Shown here one piece after another: positions 9,461-20,850 of a stretch of 50,004 bases of DNA. The notes under the pieces are model-generated. The model was not told the origin of the DNA, searched no databases, and saw only the letters and a program-made list of their open reading frames with translations. The translations under genes and the position numbers were made by a program. Source of the stretch: Macrostomum lignano (lineage: Eukaryota); the NCBI GenBank assembly GCA_002269645.1, contig NIVC01004335.1:1-50004 (forward strand), given 5' to 3'. Each line of letters opens with the position of its first letter. Within the stretch, counting starts at the first letter, position 1.

Positions 9461-11207
9461 TGTAATGGAAGGGGCTAACCGACTGAAGGTAGGGGTAATC
9501 TTGAGTTTAATTTTTTGTAATTTTGTATAGTTTTTGTAGATATGCTAACAACAATTGAATTACTTATTAGTGTACATATATTTATATTGTTATTGTTGCG
9601 ATTACCCTTTTGTACGTGTGAATGTTTTTGTAAAAAAAAAATACATAACTAACCTGTTTAACTATTTGAATTGATAAAGGCTGCTCAGGTTAGAGGGGGG
9701 GCTATGGGTAGGGCTCAATCTTGACAAAGCAAAGGATGGATAGCGTAACAAGATGGTTAACAAAATAAGTAGGGCAAAAGCTGTATGGGGCACTAAGCAT
9801 CTATTGCCTTTGGCAATAGGGAGATGAGAGAAAAGTAGAAGTTGTTTGGATCTTAATCCATCATACAAAAACGAGAAATGGCTAGGAAAAGAAAAAATTC
9901 CTGGGGAAATTGTTTATCAGAGATCGTGAAAAGGTCGCTGAACCGGAGGGTGAGTGGCAGGATGGAGCTGGCCTGGACAGTTTGATTAAGGAAAAGATTT
10001 TTTGTGGGAGATAAAGTTGAGTGATGGTTTTAATCAAGAAAAGAGGTCGCTCTGGGAGGTCGAGTAGGCACACAAAGTCTGATGTGGGCAGTTTGTTTAA
10101 GATTAATATTTATTGGAGGGAACTGGAGTTGATTAAACACACAAGAAATTCCCAGCATCCCGAATGATCCATAGAAGGCAACTGCCAGAATCAGCAATCC
10201 GAAAAAAAAAACTTGGGTCGATAAGGATTTGATGGATGGGGCTCGTGGGCTTTGCAAACAGTGAGTTTGGAGTGTTTAATCAAGAAAAATAATGAAAGGC
10301 TAGGCAAGCGGTCTATGAAAATCAGAAAAGTTTTCCGGATGAAGCACGCAGGTTCGGCAAACAATTGGTTGGGACTTTAATCAAGGAAAATGATGAATGG
10401 TCAGGCAAGCAGCCTGTCGGATAAGCGAAAAAAAATTTTTTTTTTGTTGACAGCAAGAAATTGGTGGCTCCAGAGTTTGATTAATATTTGCTGAAGTGAC
10501 TTTGTTTGAATAGCTCGTCAGGTTTTTTGCGTTTTCGTTCTTTCTTTCGGGCGCTTAACGGCGCAGAGAATCTGAGATAAGCCAGTTTTCTAGATGTGGC
10601 CACACACTGGGAAAAACCGAGGAGGAAACGAATGGCTCAGTCACTTTGGAGAGTTTCAAGTTTACTTGAGGAAATCCAGAGTAGACTTTGCTATTCTATG
10701 GAAAAGCAGTGAAGAAAGAAGCGTCCAACATTAAATAAACTTGAACAATTGATGATGCCGCGGTCTTTGAAAAATCGAAGCTTGGAAGCTTGAACAATTG
10801 AGGATCCGAATAACTGAATTGAATTTCTACATTGAAGCTCTGAGGCTTGAGAATAAGAACTCGATATCAGACGTTCGACGACGTTTCTTGAATTAGAGTG
10901 AAATTGAAATTGTTCCGGAACGATAATTTATTGACTTTCATGGATCCTTTGAATCTGAAAAAACTTGAATCAGGTCTCAGTGCACTGGACAAAACTTAGA
11001 ACCGATTTGAATTCTGAATTTGAATTTGAGAGCTCGTGATTTACGATTCATTCTTCGAATATGTATTACTGACAGTCTCGAATGCTCAAAGGGGAGGGGG
11101 GGGGGGGAAGCCAGTCCAACCGTTCACACCCATCAGCCACGCCTATAGCTGTCTACCCCATGCAGGGCATAGCGGCTATTGTGGTGAAAAGCATCGGAGG
11201 AAAAGTA

Positions 11208-11221
11208 CGGTCAGGGAACCA
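11208..11221 (-). other. Primer-binding site complementary to tRNA-Glu 3' end
   Basis: Minus strand TGGTTCCCTGACCG lies 1 nt after the LTR-terminal CA. It is a 14-nt match to the 3' end of eukaryotic tRNA-Glu(CTC), ...CGGTCAGGGAACCA (recalled, not searched). Confidence 0.85.
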
Positions 11222-11222
11222 G

Positions 11223-11890
11223 TGAAATATTTTAAAATATATGTTATTGTTCTTCTTCTGGTCTCTCACTTCTATGGCTCTTGTTCTACTTCAAATATCA
11301 ATGTGAGAGCCAAATAACTGAGGCGGCGGATTCAACTGACTTTTCCTGATGATGCAAACACTTGATGGTAACTTACAGACCGTTGTATTTGATGGTCACA
11401 ATCTCGAGATGTTTTCTCACAAAATATAATGTCTAAGGTGGAATTCCAAATAAGAAGCTCGTTCGATTTAAGTCACAAGGTGTTTCTAGTTGTTCGGGTG
11501 AACCGAAGGTTCAGTCTATTGTGAAACGTGGATTGGGTGTTGGTTTGGCTTTAGTAAGTCGACTTATAAGTTTTGGTGTTTGGGTTGAGACCCTAACTGT
11601 GTCAATCAAAATAGTCAAACGAGGTAAGCTAGGAGAATGGCGAAGGAGAGGCAAGGGCGTGGAGAGGCGGAGCGAGCAGAAAAAAGGGCGAGCTTCTTGC
11701 TTGGTTAACATGAGCTTTTATAGTACTTTTCAGTCTTGATCGCATTGGATGGTACATAACTGCTTTTCATTGGTTGAGGTTGGGGTCGTGTCCTCAGCTT
11801 TTGCTATTTGGAGCGCATTCATTGGTTAAAATACATTCAATCTGGATGGGAGCTTTCTAGAGCCAAAATGTATCACTTCAAAATATTTCA
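11223..11890 (-). repeat. 5' LTR (668 bp)
   Basis: Left end tgaaatatttt (11223-11233) and right end aaaatatttca (11880-11890) form a perfect 11-bp inverted repeat giving TG...CA termini. It lies 1 nt from a PBS and contains minus-strand TATA and CCAAT boxes. The partner LTR is outside the window. Confidence 0.85.
11716..11825 (-). promoter_or_regulatory. LTR U3 promoter: TATAAAA plus three CCAAT boxes
   Basis: Minus-strand TATAAAA at 11716-11722; CCAAT at 11744-11748, 11769-11773 and 11821-11825; orientation matches element transcription. Confidence 0.65.
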
Positions 11891-13029
11891 CTACTCCGAC
11901 TCATAGTCGCTCTCATCCCTGCGCCGATGCCACCTCAGCGCCTGATTCTTCACTCAATAAGTCCAGCTCCCCCCCCAAAAAGTCTGACACTTGTCCCGCT
12001 AGCGCTCTGGTGACACGGAGTAAACAGAGGAGGCAGGGCTTCTGGTAGCCACTTCACCTCTGGTGACGCGGATGCAGCCTCCGCTATCCGGGTTGCCAGT
12101 GGCTCATCCGACCAGAATATTTCCATGGCCAGCTCCGACCTGTCTATGGCACGAGGAGAAGTCGGGGCGGCTGGGGACGTGGGTCTTGTTGGCACCATTC
12201 CGACTATGACGTCGTCAACCAGTCAATATTGTTATCGTTCTGTGCCGGCATGCCACCTCTGTAAACCGATGCGCCAGCTTCTGAGCATTCACTGATTTGC
12301 TGCCCACACCAATAGCGTGACGTAGTGTCCTTCTTGTCATATTAGGTTTTTAGGTTTAGAATTTAGGTTTTAAAATTTGAATGGTTAAAAACACAGTCAA
12401 GAGTTTTTAAAAAAAAAAATTGTCCCGCACATGTCCAAAAAGTGCTACAACTCTTAGTGCTACATAGGTACGTAAAGAAAATAAAGAAATACATTCGCAA
12501 GTCTCACAAGACGCAAAACGGCGCCATTCAATCACATTAAATGTCCACCACCAAGTCCAGCCGCACTTTTATGGCGGCCTTCTACACTTTTTTCCATTCT
12601 TTTTTGGCAAAAGTGCAATCAAAGTCAAAATCTTTTCATTCAATTCAGACAGTTTATGGTAGTTCTTGGCCGGACGTGCATTCAATTCCGACAAATGTGC
12701 TTTCAAAAGCGACAATTTTCAAACAAAGCAAACAAGCTACCACGAGAAACCGACACTTTGCAATCAATTCAAACAATTTGCAATCAATTCCGACAGTTGG
12801 CTATGAATTAACTTTTTCTGTCCTCTTATCTATGGCTCATACTGCGAAATTTCCAATCATGGAAATTTTGGCCTACGCATGGCAAACCACGAAACTAAAC
12901 ATTTCCTATACTGATAAGTTCCGAAAAGTGGTGAAAAGTTTCGCATTAGTGAGGAAAAGTAGCAAAGAACTTTCGCGGGTTGGAACTCTAACGCCCCTTG
13001 CATTGCTTCTACGCCTAAAGTGCCCACTG

Positions 13030-13530
13030 TAGATGGGAACAATGACTTCCATAGATGGGAACAAAGACTTCGGTAGATGGGAACAAAGACTTCCATAGAT
13101 GGGAACAGACTTCCTCGACGGGAACAAAGACTTCAGCAGACAATAACAAACAAAGACTTCAATAGATGGGAACAAAGACTTCAGCAGACGGGAACAAAGA
13201 CTTCCATAGATGGGAACAAAGACTTCAGCAGACGGGAACAAAGACTTCCATAGATGGGAACAGACTTCCTCGACGGGAACAAAGACTTCAGCAGACAAGA
13301 ACAAACAAAGACTTCAATAGATGGGAACAAAGACTTCAGCAGACGGGAACAAAGACTTCCATAGATGGGAACAAAGACTTCAGCAGACGGGAACAAAGAC
13401 TTCCATAGATGGGAACAAAGACTTCAGCAGACGGGAACAAATACTTCAGCAGACAAGAACAAAGACTTCCATAGATAGGAACAAAGATTCAGCAGACGGG
13501 AACAAAGACTTCAGCGACGGGAACAAAGAC
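13030..13530. repeat. Minisatellite, 22-bp monomers in a 44-bp dimer (core gggaacaaagacttc)
   Basis: Alternating atagatgggaacaaagacttc and agcagacgggaacaaagacttc; ends ~30 nt before the CCDC148 acceptor. Confidence 0.95.
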
Positions 13531-13560
13531 AAGCTCTGTCCTCCCGTTAAACAATGACAG

Positions 13561-16511
13561 GCATACCAGAGGAGGCCTGGGATCTGGAGTGCCCGTCGGA
13601 CGATTTAAAAGCGGAAGCCCTGCAGGAGTTCATCCTGCTTGATCAGCGCTATCTGGAGCGTCTAGCCGAGCTTCGAGAGAAATTCTCGACCACCCTGGCT
13701 AAAGCGCCATTCGGCGGCTGGCCGGAAGCTGAGCACAGGCTATTCGAACTGATCAGAGACGAATACCTGACTGGCCCGGTCGTGTTCAATCGGCACAGCC
13801 TGTGCGCCGACCGGCTGGAGCGGACGTTTCCGGCCAGGACCCGGCAGCAGCTGGCCGACCACGGCGACTGGCTGACGGCCTGGCGCGCTTGGTGCGAACG
13901 GCGCCACGTGCTGGCCGCTAGTTGGCGCCGGGCCCGAGCCGAACTGCTTGTGAAAATTGAGGCCACTTTTGCTCAGGCCTGGCAGCACGAGGAGGAGGAT
14001 ATTGTGCGAGAAGGTGCGTCCGGGGGATATTTAGATGGGTATTAAATGTGTATGGAGAAAGTGAATGGGCGCTTCTTGAAGAAACACGTAAATGGGGTAT
14101 TTAGAATCAGTAGATGGGGTATTTAGAATCAGTAGATGGGTATTCAGAATCAGTAGATGGGGTATTCAGAATCAGTCGATGTGGTATTCAGAATCAGTAG
14201 ATGGGGTATTTAGAATCAGTAAATTGGGTATTCAGAATCAGTAGATGGGGTATTCAGAATCAGTAGATGGGGTATTTAGAATCAGTAGATGGGGTATTTA
14301 GAATCAGTAGATGGGGTATTTAGAATCAGTAAATTGGGTATTCAGAATCAGTAGATGGGGTATTCAGAATCAGTAGATGGGGTATTCAGAATCAGTAGAT
14401 GGGGTATTTAGAATCAGTAGATGGGGTATTTAGAATCTGTAGATGGGGTATTCAGAATCTGTAGATGGGGTATTTAGAATCAGTAGATGGGGTATTTAGA
14501 ATCAAAAGATGGGGTATTTAGAATCAGTAGATGGGGTATTTAGAATCAGTAGATGGGGTATTTAGAATCAGTAGATGGGGTATTTAGAATCAGTTGATGG
14601 GGTATTCAGAATAAGTAGATGGGGTATTTAGAATCAGTAGATGGAGTATTTAGAATCAGTAGATGGGGTATTCAGAATCTGTAGATAGGGTATTTAGAAT
14701 CAGTAGATGGGGTATTCAGAATCAGTAGATGGGGTATTTAGAATCAGTAGATGTGGTATTCAGAATCAGTAGATGGGGTATTTAGAATCAGTAAATTAAG
14801 TATTCAGAATCAGTAGATGGGGTATTCAGAATCAGTAGATGGGGTATTCAGAATCTGTAGATGGGGTATTTAGAATCAGTAGATGGGGTATTTAGAATCA
14901 GTAGATGGGGTATTTAGAATCAGTAGATGGGGTATTTAGAATCAGTAGATGGGGTATTTAGAATCAGTAGATGGGGTATTTAGAATCAGTAGATGTGGTA
15001 TTCAGAATCAGTAGATGGGGTATTCAGAATCAGTAGATGGGGTATTCAGAATCAGTAGATGTGGTATTCAGAATCAGTAGATGGGGTATTTAGAATCAGT
15101 AGATGGGGTATTTAGAATCAGTAGATGGGGTATTTAGAATCAGTAGATGGGGTATTTAGAATCAGTAGATGTGGTATTCAGAATCAGTAGATGGGGTATT
15201 CAGAATCAGTAGATGGGGTATTCAGAATCAGTAGATGTGGTATTCAGAATCAGTAGATGGGGTATTTAGAATCAGTAGATGCTCATTACCCCTCAGGCGA
15301 GCGAGACAAGCGCGACGCTTTGCGCGCCGTTTTATCCGAAAAGTTGCGCGTCTGGCGCCAACAGAAAGAGGAAGAGGCCCAGTTGGAGTTGCGCGCCGAG
15401 GAGCGGCGCCGGCAAGAGCTGGAGGAGCGGGAGCGCCAGGAGGCCGAGCGGGAGGAGCGGCAGCGGCAGCAGCAGCGGAGGCGGCTGTCGACCTACCAGC
15501 AGGAGAAGGAGCGGCTGCGCAGCGAGGCGGCTGCCCGCGAGGAGGCCAGGCTGGAGCAGCTGAAGCGGCAGCTGCGTGAGCAGGCGGAGCGGGACGCCCA
15601 GCGGATCGGCTACCGGCGAGAGGAGCGGAGCAAGCGGATGGAGGCTGAGAGGATGCGAACTGAGCAGCTGGTAAGACTAGTAGAAGCAGATAAAGAAGTA
15701 TAGAATAAAGGCAGTAGAGTGGAGAACTCAGGTACGAAGTAGATTAGAGAATTCGAGTGAGAAGTAGATTAGAGAATTTGATTTAGAAGTAGATTGGAGA
15801 ATTCGAGTGAGAAGTAGACTGGAAAATGCGATTGAGAAGTAGATTGGAGAATTCAGGTGAGAAGTAGATTGGAGAATTCGAGTGAGAAGTAGATTGGAGA
15901 ATTCAGGTGAGAAGTAGACTGGAGAATTCGAGTGAGAAGTAGATTGGAGAATTCAGGTGAGAAGTAGACTGGAGAATTCGAGTGAGAAGTAGATTGGAGA
16001 ATTCGAGTGAGAAGTAGATTGGAGAATTCGAGTGAGAAGTAGATTGGAGAATTCGAGTGAGAAGTAGATTGGAGAATTCGATTTAGAAGTAGATAAAGTC
16101 TCATCCGCCCCCCAGGCCGAAGCTGGTGTGCAGCGCGAGGAGCGGCTGGAGCACCTGCGCGAACTTGTCAGGCCGCGCGTCCTGCCGGACATCGAGCGGG
16201 CCACCGGGGACACCGCCGCCTCCAAGCTGCACCAGCACCGCAGGCGCGGCCAGTCCTCGGCAGACGAAGAAGCTGACGAGCCGCTGCCAGTTCACGCGCC
16301 GGGTCCGACTGCGACGACTTTCACCGACAAGCAGATTCTGGCCGATCCGAGGGTCCGGCTGGAGGGCGCCCTGCGGCAGGCCGGCCTGATTGGCAATGAC
16401 TACGCTAAGGAGCTGCTGCGGCGCCAGGCTGGGCCGCTGGAGCGGTACAGGAAGGACCAGGTGTCCACCGTGTTCAAGTATGAGCAGCAGCAGCAGCAGC
16501 AGCCTCACTGA
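13561..16511 (+). CDS. CCDC148: Coiled-coil domain-containing protein 148-like, last three exons (13561-14013, 15297-15670, 16116-16511); 5' exons not found in window
   Basis: Phase-compatible GT-AG junctions join GIPEEAWDLECPSDDLKAEALQEFILLD..GWPEAEH.., EKLRVWRQQKEEEAQLE..EQAERDAQRIGYR.. and REERLEHLR..QILADPRVRLEGALRQAGL..YAKELL..STVFK. These match my recollection of the CCDC148 C-terminal motifs. Confidence 0.8.
14091..15280. repeat. Intronic 22-bp minisatellite gaatcagtagatggggtatt(t/c)a
   Basis: About 54 near-identical copies filling the CCDC148 intron. Confidence 0.97.
15735..16093. repeat. Intronic 25-bp minisatellite gagtgagaagtagattggagaattc
   Basis: About 14 copies in the last CCDC148 intron. 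Confidence 0.95.
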
Positions 16512-16579
16512 CCGGTTTTTTTTGGGGGGGGAGTGACAGACAGAATGGCTGAGGAGGGACAGACTGCATGGACGATGGG

Positions 16580-16820
16580 TGACAGGCTGGATGAAGGAGG
16601 AGTGACAGATTAAATAACCGTGGAGTGACAGATCAAATGACCGTTAGAGTGACAGATTAAATAACCGTGGAGTGACAGATCAAATAACCGTAGAGTGACA
16701 GACCAAGTGACCTTGAAGTGACAGATTAAACAGCCGTGGTGTGACAAATCAAGCGACCCATGAGTAGCGGACTAAATGACCGACGGGGTGACAATGACCA
16801 ATGAGTGACAGACTGTCCGG
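16580..16820. repeat. Degenerate ~23-bp repeat (gagtgacagat..aat.accg)
   Basis: Visible periodic gagtgacag seeds downstream of the CCDC148 stop. Confidence 0.7.
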
Positions 16821-17409
16821 GTATGAAGATGCTATTAGCTACTCTGCATTAGCAACAGCTGTCGCATTGTTGGTCAATCGGTCTGTTAAATATTTGATTG
16901 AATTTATATTGTTCTCCAAATCAAAATGCTGTGTTGTATAAAGTTATTGTGTACTCGTAAGAGTTCTATGAAATTAGCTAGGAAATGCTTGACTTTGTAA
17001 TTTCATTATCCAGAGTTCCGAACTGTAAATACTGAACGCCACTCCCCCAGTTTAGCTAATTTCTTTTATCCGTCCAAAAATCCCATGCATTTTCCTTTGT
17101 TACTTTGGCCATGTTTGGGATTATAAAGTTTTCTTTTCAAGTAAACAAAATTTGGCTGTGAAAAAACTTTTTACTCTACTGTTAGTAGCATAATGAGTAG
17201 TAAAATAGGATTTTCTCATGTTTTTAATTTGTTAAATTTTGGCGCTAAAAGTGAAACGCAAATTTTCATGCTTAATTTTTGTCTTTTTTCTTTTGTTTTA
17301 CCATTCCGAATTGTTCTTAGCAAAACTGGGAAGTCAATTTAAACAGTTTTGTGGCGCCACCATCAAGTTTGAGAGATGCCAAGTTCGTGGCTGTTGGGCG
17401 TCACTATCA

Positions 17410-18785
17410 AAACTGAGAGGCGCCACAAATCAAATCTGAGAGGCGCCACTAATCAAATCTAAGAGGCGCCACTAATCAAATCTGAGAGGCGCCACTAATC
17501 AAATCTAAGAGGCGCCACTAATCAAATCTGAGAGGCGCCACTAATCAAATCTAAGAGCCGCCACTAATCAAATCTGAGAGACGCCACTAATCAAATCTAA
17601 GAGGCGCCACTAATCAAATCTGAGAGGCGCCACTAATCAAATCTAAGAGGCGCCACTATCAAAGCTGAGGCGCCACTATCAAATCTGGGAGGCGCCACTA
17701 ATAAACTCTGAGAGGCGCCACTAATCTAGTCTGAGAGGTGCCACTAATCAAATCTAAGAGGCGCCACTAATCAAATCTGAGAGGCGCCACGTATTAAGTC
17801 TGAGAGGCGTCACTATCAAGTCTGAGAGGCGCCACTTATCAAGTCTCAGAGGCGCCACTTATCAAGTCTCAGAGGCACCACTTATCAAGTCTCAGAGGCG
17901 CCACTTATCAAGTCTCAGAGGCACCACTATCAAAGCTGAGAGGCGCCACCTACAGTATTAAGTTTGAGGGGCGCGACTATCAAAGCTGAGAGGCGCCACT
18001 TGTCAAATCTGAGACGCGCCACTACCAAGTCTGAGGGGCGCCACTTATCAAGTCTGAGAGGCGCCACTAATCATATCTGAGAGCACTATCAAATCTGAGA
18101 GGCGCCACTAATCATATCTGAGAGCACTATCAAATCTGAGAGGCGCCACTAATCAACTCTGAGAGGTGCCACTAATCATATCTGAGAGCACTATCAAATC
18201 TGAGAGGCGCCACTAATCAACTCTGAGAGGTGCCACTAATCATATCTGAGAGCACTATCAAAGCTGAGAGGCGCCACTAATCATATCTGAGAGCACTATC
18301 AAATCTGAGAGGCGCCACTAATCAACTCTGAGAGGTGCCACTAATCATATCTGAGAGCACTATCAAATCTGAGAGGCACCATGCACTAATCAACTCTGAG
18401 AGGTGCCACGTATGAAGTCTGAGAGGCGCCACTAATCTAGTCTGAGAGGCGTCACTATCAAAGCTGAGAGGCGCCACTTGTCAAATCTGAGACGTGCCAC
18501 TACCAAGTCTGAGGGGCGCCACACTATCAAAGCTGAGAGGCGCCACCTACAGTATTAAGTCTGAGGCGCCACTTTCAAGTCTGAGGGGCGCCACTACCAA
18601 GTCTGAGGGGCGCCACACTATCAAAGCTGAGAGGCGCCACTTGTCAAATCTGAGACGCGCCACTACCAAGTCTGAGGGGCGCCACACTATCAAAGCTGAG
18701 AGGCGCCACTTATCAAGTCTGAGAGGCGCCACTAATCATATCTGAGAGGCGCCACTATCAAAGCTGAGAGGCGCCACTAATCAAG
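17410..18785. repeat. ~23-bp minisatellite ctgagaggcgccactaatcaaat
   Basis: Many variably diverged copies with a GGCGCC core. Confidence 0.95.
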
Positions 18786-20094
18786 TCTGGCATAGCAACA
18801 TACACTGCACTGTAAATTTGATTCATCAAAACTTTTTAAACTTTCAAAAAAAGCATTTAAAAGCCAGATCGAAATCGTAGCTGGTCTTCTTGCCTTACAA
18901 AGCTTCAAACGATTCGCCTGGCTAATCAGATTAGATAAAGATTGCGCAATCAACGACAAAGCAGCCCATTGAGCCGCAGTACAGACAGTGAGACCATTGC
19001 CCTGGCGACAATTCAAAAACCAAATGCTATTGTTAGGCATGCCATATTAAGATGACCCCAGCGCTAAAGAGATTCTCCACTCCATAAGCCTCTGGCCCTC
19101 GCAACAATTGACTCTTACGAGCTTAGCAAGGTGTGAAATTAGGCCCTCTCTCTCTCGCTCGTGTCCAGTGCCGGCCACCGCAGGGGTTTTCATGGCTGGT
19201 TGGCTTAAGCCCCCTCCCGTCTCCTCAACTTACTTATCCCACCTGGCTCGCGCGTGGGTAAAAAAATCGATCCAGGTGTGAAATAGGATAACGATTTCAA
19301 TGCTTGCGTCATCTTACTACATGGATATAAAGATCAGCTTAGACCGTGGCAACGCCATGGCAACTATCAGCTGAATGGATGCTTGAACAAAAATAGCCAG
19401 GTAAGATTTAAAATGAGTTAATGAAGATTTTTCTAACATCGTTTGAAATTTTGCACTTCAATTGATAGTGTGTAATTAGTATATTTTTATTGAATCATTG
19501 CAATATCATGGCCAAAACAGCTGTGATATACTACTGAATATTGCATTGAGTAGTGCAACGTTAAAAATGTATGCATAAGTTTTGTGAAAGCTACAACAGT
19601 GTGATATGATTCATTTAGTAATGGTCTAACGTCTATTTAGCCATTTCAAACATATTAATGAAAATAAATATGAAAATTAATGGATTTATAGTATTTATTG
19701 ATTGAAAGAATAATTTGAAAATATTAATAATAGTATATTTTTGCGCTATATTATAAGATTGAGTATGACAAGGCGCATATAGCATTAACTGCATCAATTG
19801 CATATTAGATTTGCACAAATAAGTAAAATATATTGTGTATATTGAATATTGCATGATATTGCATTGCACTGATCATAAATCAAGTGATTAAAAGCTACCA
19901 TAACACTACAGGCTGCACAAATTTATTGAATTCAAACGTGCTGGAACACCATTTTATGCGAGAGGGCTGGCTGCAAAGGCACGGCTTATTGGTATTGAAA
20001 GATTGAAGAAGTCAGGTGGAAACTCGAACGAAGCATTCGGATATAAAAGTATTTGATTTTCTGCTAAGTCCTTCATCGCTCGGTTGCCATGGCG

Positions 20095-20547
20095 TTACCA
20101 AGGACGCCAGACTGTCTGATCCGTTGGCTGGTGGTTCTCTAGCGACGCAAGAGGATGCCGCTGCTGCTGCTGCTGCTCGAGCCTCGAGTTGAAGACGGCG
20201 CCTCCCGACTGCCAGGAGTCCTCGTCGGAGCCGGAGTCCACTGTCGACGATGTCGAGGACAAAGACTTCTTCGGCTTGACAGTGGCGGCGGCGGCGGCGG
20301 CGGCGGTCGAAGAGCTGGAGGCCGGCATCGTCATCGAGTATCCCAGCTGCTGCTGCTGCTGCGGATTCCTCTGCTGCAACAGGGCGACAGTCAGCTCAAG
20401 GATGTCGGCCTTCTCCAGCCGCTGCAGCCGGTCGGGGTCCACCCGCCTGTTCAACTGCAGCAGCTCCTTGAGCCTGTTCAAGCTGGCGTTGATCCTGGCC
20501 CGTCTCTGTCGCTCCATCACCTGCTTGCTGAGTCGTCTCTGCTCCAT
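20095..20547 (-). CDS. hes: HES/hairy-E(spl) family bHLH repressor, intronless, 150 aa, C-terminal WRPW
   Basis: ERQRRARINASLNRLKELL...RLEKADILELTV bHLH plus terminal VWRPW-stop (Groucho/TLE-binding motif). Symbol is family-level only. Confidence 0.9.
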   Translation of the reverse strand: MEQRRLSKQVMERQRRARINASLNRLKELLQLNRRVDPDRLQRLEKADILELTVALLQQRNPQQQQQLGYSMTMPASSSSTAAAAAAATVKPKKSLSSTSSTVDSGSDEDSWQSGGAVFNSRLEQQQQQRHPLASLENHQPTDQTVWRPW

Positions 20548-20639
20548 GCTCTAATGTCGGGTAGGTAATACTTGACTTGATGCTTAACTTGAGGAAATAA
20601 GGAAGCAGAATCGAGGCTTCTTGATGGAGCGCGGGGCGG

Positions 20640-20850
20640 CCTCCGGGGTTATAAGCTGCCGCCCGCCGCCAGCCGCCTCCCCGCCGGGCCGGCTCGCGAC
20701 CAATAGTCTGCGCTCGGCTCGGCACGGGACCTCGAGCGGAACTGCATGGCGGCACTGCGGCACGCCTCCGCCTCGTGACTGCCCGGCTGCCTCATTGGGT
20801 TGCTGTGTGGAGTTTGGTGGGGGGGGCCGGCCCACCCAATTGGGTTCCCC
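20640..20850 (-). promoter_or_regulatory. GC-rich proximal promoter of the HES gene
   Basis: Minus-strand TATAA at 20649-20653 about 100 nt upstream of the ATG; CCAAT at ~20795 and ~20840; CpG-rich. Confidence 0.45.

Larger units (their letters stand above)
1..11890 (-). mobile_element. Ty3/gypsy (Metaviridae-like) LTR retroelement / endogenous virus, 5' part; order LTR-PBS-leader(ORF0, antisense ORF)-gag-env-PR-RT-RNaseH; continues past position 1
   Basis: LTR with TG..CA ends and 11-bp TIR, tRNA-Glu PBS, Gag with two CCHC knuckles, aspartic protease DSG, RT YLDD, RNase H TDAS..E..DH. G/T-rich + strand skew is apparent across the interval. Confidence 0.93.

Noticed and set aside
11085-11110. 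G-rich run as a polypurine tract
   Set aside because: Wrong strand and position for this minus-strand element; the PPT should precede the 3' LTR, which is outside the window.
11950-12198. 82-aa minus-strand ORF next to the LTR
   Set aside because: Non-ATG start, outside the LTR boundary, no recognisable motif, and not CCDC148-like in any frame.
12325-12345. TGACAAG...(ttcttgtca) as the 5' end of the LTR
   Set aside because: Superseded by the 11223/11890 pair, which has an 11-bp TIR and an adjacent tRNA-Glu PBS.
12338-12375. ttaggttt repeats as telomeric sequence
   Set aside because: Only 3-4 imperfect copies, not TTAGGG; likely chance in AT-rich DNA.
19120-19290. Two aggtgtgaaat copies as transposon termini or Su(H) paired site
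   Set aside because: Direct rather than inverted, no TSD, and they do not match the YGTGRGAA consensus.
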